This document shows, piece by piece, positions 15,112 to 19,747 of a stretch of 19,747 nucleotides of DNA. Source of the stretch: Bdellovibrionota bacterium (GTDB lineage Bacteria; Bdellovibrionota; UBA1018; UBA923); the NCBI GenBank assembly GCA_040754655.1, contig JBFMCE010000074.1:1-19747 (forward strand). Reading direction: 5' to 3'. The translations under genes and the position numbers were made by a program. The first letter of the stretch is position 1, and the number at the start of each line of letters is the position of its first letter. A model generated the notes under the pieces. It was given only the letters and a program-made list of their open reading frames with translations, searched no databases and was not told the DNA's origin.

Positions 15112-16368
15112 TTGCCCCTCCCGCACATTAAATGCAAGATCTCGAATTCCGAAACAAAACTGAAGGGGTATCGAGAACCCGTGGCTAAGTGTACGTCGCA
15201 TGACTATTTCAGCATCGAGGTTTCGTCGTTGATACGGGGGCGCAGGCTCACGTTCGACCTTTACGTATACCTTCCAATCAACGACCGCATTATTTTGCTC
15301 AAAAAAGTTGGCGAAGCGCCTGAACCCGAGGCGCTTGACGCCCTGATGAAAAAGGGGCTCAAGCATTTTCATATCAAGAACACCGATAGAGAAGCCTATC
15401 AGGCCTATCTCAAGGGGAACTCAGAGCCCGAGTTCGCACCGCAGTCCGATGAAAAAATAGAGAACTCCTCGCCTGAACAATCGGACCAAATAGAAACTTC
15501 AAGTGATGAGCCGCGAGACAAGGCCACGTTATCGGCCTCGTCGGAAGAAGACATTGATTCCTCGGGCACCAGCGTTCCCTCGGAAAGCGCGCTCGAGGAC
15601 AAACCCCAGGAATTTCACCCCGGCGTCTCACCTGAACAAATCATGAACGGCTTGCTCAAATCAGGCGCTGAACGTGACGCGGCTTTTGCGCAAGGAAAGA
15701 AATTGATCGAACAAGTCCTCAAAGGCCCTCCGAGCGCAGACACTTCGGTCGAATCGATTGTCGACGACAAGCTTGCTGAGCACGCGACGAGCGTGGCGAT
15801 CTACACTGTTCTTTTTGCGCTAGGGCTGGGCAAGAAAGAGCAGAGCCTTTTGCAAGACCTGGTGATCGGAAGCCTGTTGCACGACATCGGGCTCACCCAA
15901 ATCGTTCCGGAAATCGGAGTGCTGCCATTGAAAAAATTGATGCCGGTGCAAGTGAGCATCTTTCAGAGCCATGCAATGGCCGCGCTCGACCTTTTGCCTG
16001 AGCTCGATTACACGCCAAACAAGAGAGTCGCCGTCTTTTTGGAGCAGCACCATGAGAAGTTCAACGGAAGCGGCTATCCCAAGCACATGGAATCGTTCCG
16101 CATCGACGAGTTCGCCCAGATGATTGGTTTGGCTGATCTTCTAGATAGCATTTGCAGGGGGCGATACGATGGCACACCACGGAACCTTCCTGAGGCGCTG
16201 CAAGTGATTTCTGATATTGAAAAACAGACAACCTTTCCTGAATACTTCAACCCTGAGGTCTTCAAGAAGGTCATGAACTGGCTCAAAACTGCGGGCGCGA
16301 AAGATTACATGGGAACCGCTACGACCTCGGTCGAACAGACTAAAGAAAAGCTCATGAAGGCGAGCTGA
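15112..16368 (+). CDS. HD-GYP domain protein (putative c-di-GMP phosphodiesterase)
   Basis: EHATSVA, LLHDIG, QSH, QHHEKFNGSGYP and LADLLD motifs, with an acidic Ser/Glu/Asp-rich linker. The start is uncertain; in-frame GTG 15181 is a plausible alternative to TTG 15112. Confidence 0.9.
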   Translation: MPLPHIKCKISNSETKLKGYREPVAKCTSHDYFSIEVSSLIRGRRLTFDLYVYLPINDRIILLKKVGEAPEPEALDALMKKGLKHFHIKNTDREAYQAYLKGNSEPEFAPQSDEKIENSSPEQSDQIETSSDEPRDKATLSASSEEDIDSSGTSVPSESALEDKPQEFHPGVSPEQIMNGLLKSGAERDAAFAQGKKLIEQVLKGPPSADTSVESIVDDKLAEHATSVAIYTVLFALGLGKKEQSLLQDLVIGSLLHDIGLTQIVPEIGVLPLKKLMPVQVSIFQSHAMAALDLLPELDYTPNKRVAVFLEQHHEKFNGSGYPKHMESFRIDEFAQMIGLADLLDSICRGRYDGTPRNLPEALQVISDIEKQTTFPEYFNPEVFKKVMNWLKTAGAKDYMGTATTSVEQTKEKLMKAS

Positions 16369-16384
16369 AGAATTTCCTCTTGCT

Positions 16385-16822
16385 TTATTTTTCGGCGAGC
16401 TTGCAGCGCAGTTTCGTGAAAGCAGCCGAAGGTGAGTAAATCATTTCCCCACCATTACGCCCCGGGACAATAATGTAATTGGGAACCGTCCGAGAAACGA
16501 TCCTGCGGCCACGTTCAATGACAAGAAAATTCGTTTTCTCTGAAGATTCATAGTCATAATTCAGCGCGCTTGAATACTTCAAGAAACGACACAAGGCATC
16601 AGCTCTTTTGCCAATCAGCTGCCGCGTCGGGCCGCCCAATCGCTCTCCTCCTGCAAGAGCCAGAAACCGCATGCCATCATAGCTCACATCATTGAGGTCT
16701 ACAAAAGTACTTGGATGAACGCTAGCTACCCTCTCTTCAAAAGCATTTCCGGATGCGACAGATGCAGCTGTCATTGAAATAAGGCTAAGAACTATAGCGA
16801 ATGCCGAAGAACGAAAACTCAC
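16385..16822 (-). CDS. Small hypothetical secreted protein
   Basis: GGAGG Shine-Dalgarno precedes GTG 16822. Signal peptide MSFRSSAFAIVLSLISMTAASVASG. Two Cys (ADALCRFLKY ... TKLRC) could form a disulfide. Confidence 0.7.
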   Translation of the reverse strand: MSFRSSAFAIVLSLISMTAASVASGNAFEERVASVHPSTFVDLNDVSYDGMRFLALAGGERLGGPTRQLIGKRADALCRFLKYSSALNYDYESSEKTNFLVIERGRRIVSRTVPNYIIVPGRNGGEMIYSPSAAFTKLRCKLAEK

Positions 16823-17047
16823 GAGAACCTCCAAGACCTTTTACGCAAAAACGGTACGTGGCCTCCTAAGTCACTTCTACTCGGGATGTCAAGTTATGAC
16901 CCGATTTGAGTTTGATTGATTTTCGAGGGCTTCATTGACAACCAAAAATGCATCGCCCGATAGACATCAAAAGACGGAGAAAGGTAAACTAAACAGAGAA
17001 AACCGTGGTGCCTGTCTTCAGGCGACCTTTAAGAATAAGGAGCCGTC

Positions 17048-18148
17048 GTGACCCAGTCAAACCCGATGCGGGAACTTCTTGCATGTCCCCGATGCAAAGG
17101 AGCCTTGCGCTCAAAAGACGACGCACTCGCTTGCAAAGCCTGCGCGATAGACTTCCCTGTTCTCGATGAAATTCCTGTTCTCTTCGAATCGCCACGCGAG
17201 ATGTTTTATTTTTGGAAGCAATGCTATCTCTACCTCTTTCGGCACTTTGATCAGGTGATCCAGTCGCTTGAAAGGGAATTGAGCGGGTCAATAGATTCGG
17301 AACTCACCCGAAAACGCCTTACGCTCATGCGCGACGCCAATACTGAACAAAAAGCATTGATGCAAAAACTTTTGAAACCATTGCTGGCAAGAATGCCCGC
17401 CGGCACGGATTCTAGGCCTGATTTAGGGCGCGCACCCAATGGCCAACCTGAATTCACGGCTTGTTACTACACGCTCCACCAAGATTGGGGTTGGGATACA
17501 GGCGAGAGCGCAGCCGCCCTTGAATCCGTGAGCGACGTTCTCGAAGATGGCGCGCAGTTAGGCAGAGTGCTGGTTCTCGGCGCGGGATCATGCAGACTCC
17601 CCTTTGATCTGCACTTGAAATACAAGCCTGAGCTCACCGCGGTGATGGATCGAAACCTTGTCCCTTTTCTAGCCGCGAAAAAAATCGTCACTGGCAGTGA
17701 AGTCGAGCTTTACGAGTTTCCGTTGGTGCCGCGCGAACTCAACTCTTACGCGGTAAAAACAAAACTTGTTTCTCGGTTTGTAGGGCAAGTTTCAAACTTT
17801 CATTTCTTCCTCGCCGACGCTAGAGCACTGCCCATAAAAAATGCGAGCTTTGATACCGTCTTCACGCCATGGTTCATCGATGTTGTGGATCAAAGCTTCG
17901 ATGAGCTTTTGAGCACTTTATCAAATATACTAAAACCTCAGGGACGTTGGATCAACTTTGGCCCCGTAGGCTTTAAAAATGCGCAGGCAGCCCTCCAGTA
18001 CAGCAAAGAAGAAGTTCTAGAGAAGGTTGAAAAGGCGGGTTTCCAAGTAACCCAGGCCACCCATGAAGTAGTGCCCTACTTTCAATCTCCGTTGAGCTGT
18101 CATGGGCGGCTCGAACGGGTGCTCACCTTCAACGCGATCAAAAAATAG
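17048..18148 (+). CDS. Trm112-like zinc ribbon fused to a class I SAM-dependent methyltransferase resembling carnosine N-methyltransferase (N2227 family)
   Basis: AAGGAG lies 5 nt before GTG. N-terminus LLACPRCKGAL...LACKAC..FPVLDEIPVL. Methyltransferase motifs QDWG, RVLVLGAGSCRLPFDL, FDTVFTPWFID, GRWINFGP and YSKEEV...GF. Confidence 0.82.
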   Translation: MTQSNPMRELLACPRCKGALRSKDDALACKACAIDFPVLDEIPVLFESPREMFYFWKQCYLYLFRHFDQVIQSLERELSGSIDSELTRKRLTLMRDANTEQKALMQKLLKPLLARMPAGTDSRPDLGRAPNGQPEFTACYYTLHQDWGWDTGESAAALESVSDVLEDGAQLGRVLVLGAGSCRLPFDLHLKYKPELTAVMDRNLVPFLAAKKIVTGSEVELYEFPLVPRELNSYAVKTKLVSRFVGQVSNFHFFLADARALPIKNASFDTVFTPWFIDVVDQSFDELLSTLSNILKPQGRWINFGPVGFKNAQAALQYSKEEVLEKVEKAGFQVTQATHEVVPYFQSPLSCHGRLERVLTFNAIKK

Positions 18149-18260
18149 CTGGAAGATCTTGGGTTTAGTTGTTTAATAGTAGATTGGTCTAATTTTTGAC
18201 TAAGAATTTCGCACCATTGCGATAAACAATTGAAATTAATAATGAATTTTCAATTTTCAT

Positions 18261-18285
18261 GTACTTGACTAAAATTGTAAATTAT
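18261..18285 (+). promoter_or_regulatory. Candidate IscR/Rrf2-type operator overlapping a TTGACT -35 element
   Basis: GTACTTGACTAAAATTGTAAATTAT matches 21 of 25 positions of the IscR type-1 consensus ATASYYGACTRWWWYAGTCRRSTAT (counted by hand). It ends 45 bp upstream of ATG 18331. Confidence 0.4.
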
Positions 18286-18330
18286 AGAAGAATACGACCT
18301 GCTTGAGGTGCTCTTGAAAAGGAGGGCCAT

Positions 18331-19110
18331 ATGGTCAGGTTGTTCATCGTATTTTTAGGACTCTCGATTTGGTCGACACACGGTATCGCGTCGATTCCTC
18401 GAAGCGACCTGCAAGCGATCGCGGATATTTATGAATCTCAGTTTCTCACTCCAGATGATTGCCAAGACAAGAACCTTACCTCTTCCACGGCGCTTGTCTA
18501 CGAGACCGAGGTCGCCTATCAGCTCGAAGCTTATCGAACCGCTGATGCCCGATTTGCATGGCCGAAAAATAAAAAAAATGCCATTGGGAAGGCTGAATCC
18601 CTAATCCTCTCTTCTGGTCGCGTTGACGTGAGTTACGATGACGCTACCGACTCGATGAGCATCATGATTGATGGGAGGGAAGCTTATCGCGCTCGCTCGA
18701 CTTCAGTTTTTGTTGGATCGCTTTACGAGTCGCAAGCCAAGGCTTTTGCACAAGTTTACAGTTGCATCGTGAACCTTGCCCGACAAAGAGGCTTAAAGCT
18801 CGTCGTTTCCATCGATGACGCCGAGAATCCATCGCAATTCATATCGCCTTCAAAATTCTCATATGCGCCGCTGATCGGCCTCTCGAAGCTTCCGGAATAC
18901 GACAGCATCGCTCTCGTAAAACTTGTCACGGAAAGCCTTAAGAACGCCCAAGACCTTGGTGAGTCTTACGCCAAGCTGAAACAAGAAAATGAAGCTTTGA
19001 AACAAAAGCTGGTGGCGCTCGAAGAACATCGGAAAAAGGAGGCCTTTGCAGCTGCAACGGCAGGCCCGATGTCCCGCAAAAAGTTGAAAGCAAAACCAAA
19101 AGCGACATAA
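18331..19110 (+). CDS. Hypothetical secreted protein with a C-terminal coiled coil and Lys-rich tail
   Basis: Strong AAGGAGG Shine-Dalgarno; signal peptide MVRLFIVFLGLSIWSTHGIA; heptad-like YAKLKQENEALKQKLVALEE; basic tail RKKLKAKPKAT. Confidence 0.8.
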   Translation: MVRLFIVFLGLSIWSTHGIASIPRSDLQAIADIYESQFLTPDDCQDKNLTSSTALVYETEVAYQLEAYRTADARFAWPKNKKNAIGKAESLILSSGRVDVSYDDATDSMSIMIDGREAYRARSTSVFVGSLYESQAKAFAQVYSCIVNLARQRGLKLVVSIDDAENPSQFISPSKFSYAPLIGLSKLPEYDSIALVKLVTESLKNAQDLGESYAKLKQENEALKQKLVALEEHRKKEAFAAATAGPMSRKKLKAKPKAT

Positions 19111-19220
19111 AGAGACATTGATGTGGACGCGCGCGCAAGAGTTGCTTCTGAACTGGTGGCCGTGACTGAATCTGTCGCTGCTGGCGCATCTTTTCGCTGT
19201 CCTTCTTAGAAAAAGAATAG

Positions 19221-19237
19221 AGCAACACTCATGCCAG
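19221..19237 (-). promoter_or_regulatory. Sigma-54 (-24/-12) promoter
   Basis: The minus strand reads CTGGCATGAGTGTTGCT against the consensus YTGGCACGNNNNTTGCW: one mismatch, correct GG-N10-GC spacing, in an intergenic region. Confidence 0.65.
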
Positions 19238-19625
19238 CTATAGAAGTGCGATTCTTCGATTAAACTCACGCAAATTAAAGTTGAGAGAGAAATTTCACCT
19301 CGCGCAGAATTCATCGCAGGGCGATGATAAAACAAAAGAATTGGAGGCCATTTAAAGTGCGACGACAGAACCCCAATCGAAAACTGTCCGCTCATACAGA
19401 CAGTAATTTTTTCAAGAGCATGAGGGAATTTTTCAAAATTTTTCCGGAATTCTGAGTGTGCAACAAAAGATTCCCGAGACCCCAACTACGCAACCCATTT
19501 AAAAATTTTCAAAATAATTTCCCGCGACTCTAAATGCGCGACCCAAGAAAAACCCTCACCCGCATCACCCAACCACTCACCGCTTTACGAGGCGCGAATA
19601 CAGCGATAGAATGCCAGCTCCAAAT

Positions 19626-19747
19626 ACGGATCACGGATCACGGATCACGGATCACGGATCACGGATCACGGATCACGGATCACGGATCACGGATCACGGA
19701 TCACGGATCACGGATCACGGATCACGGATCACGGATCACGGATCACG
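19626..19747. repeat. Perfect heptamer tandem repeat (ACGGATC)n, 17 full copies plus ACG, truncated by the window end
   Basis: Read directly from the sequence. No variant units; one GATC every 7 bp. Confidence 0.98.

Noticed and set aside
16887..16940. Two perfect TTGACA hexamers (minus 16892-16887, plus 16935-16940) as divergent promoters
   Set aside because: Neither has a convincing -10 element at 16-18 bp spacing, so they were not called.
18859..19485. 208-aa minus-strand ORF
   Set aside because: TTG start without an SD, Cys/Phe/Ser-rich random-looking sequence, runs through the sigma-54 box and overlaps a better-supported gene.
19626..19747. Terminal repeat as a CRISPR array
   Set aside because: Contiguous 7-bp units with no spacers, and no cas genes in the window.

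Overview
Bacterial chromosomal window, about 50% GC by eye. The gene content (HD-GYP protein, sigma-54 two-component pair, many small secreted orphans) suggests Bdellovibrionota or a related deltaproteobacterial lineage; this is inference. From left to right: (1) a 5'-truncated Cys-motif V4R-like protein coupled by an ATGA overlap to a signal-less ChaN/TIKI-superfamily protein with a long C-terminal extension; (2) a convergent minus-strand run of TonB-dependent receptor, HmuY-like lipoprotein, second HmuY-like protein, PAS histidine kinase and NtrC-family sigma-54 activator, a candidate haem/metal acquisition and sensing locus; (3) an exported orphan and a LamG + SASA/CE6 acetylesterase lipoprotein; (4) a two-gene NitT/TauT-type ABC module (duplicated permease, ATPase with C-terminal AAA-associated domain) divergent from an HD-GYP gene; (5) a secreted orphan, a Trm112-like zinc ribbon fused to a carnosine N-methyltransferase (N2227)-like domain, and another secreted orphan behind an operator-rich AT-rich spacer; (6) a non-coding tail with a near-consensus sigma-54 promoter firing antisense into the last gene, and a perfect (ACGGATC)n heptamer array running off the window end. 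No rRNA, tRNA, CRISPR array or transposase was recognised. All family calls come from motif recognition by eye, not from database searches.
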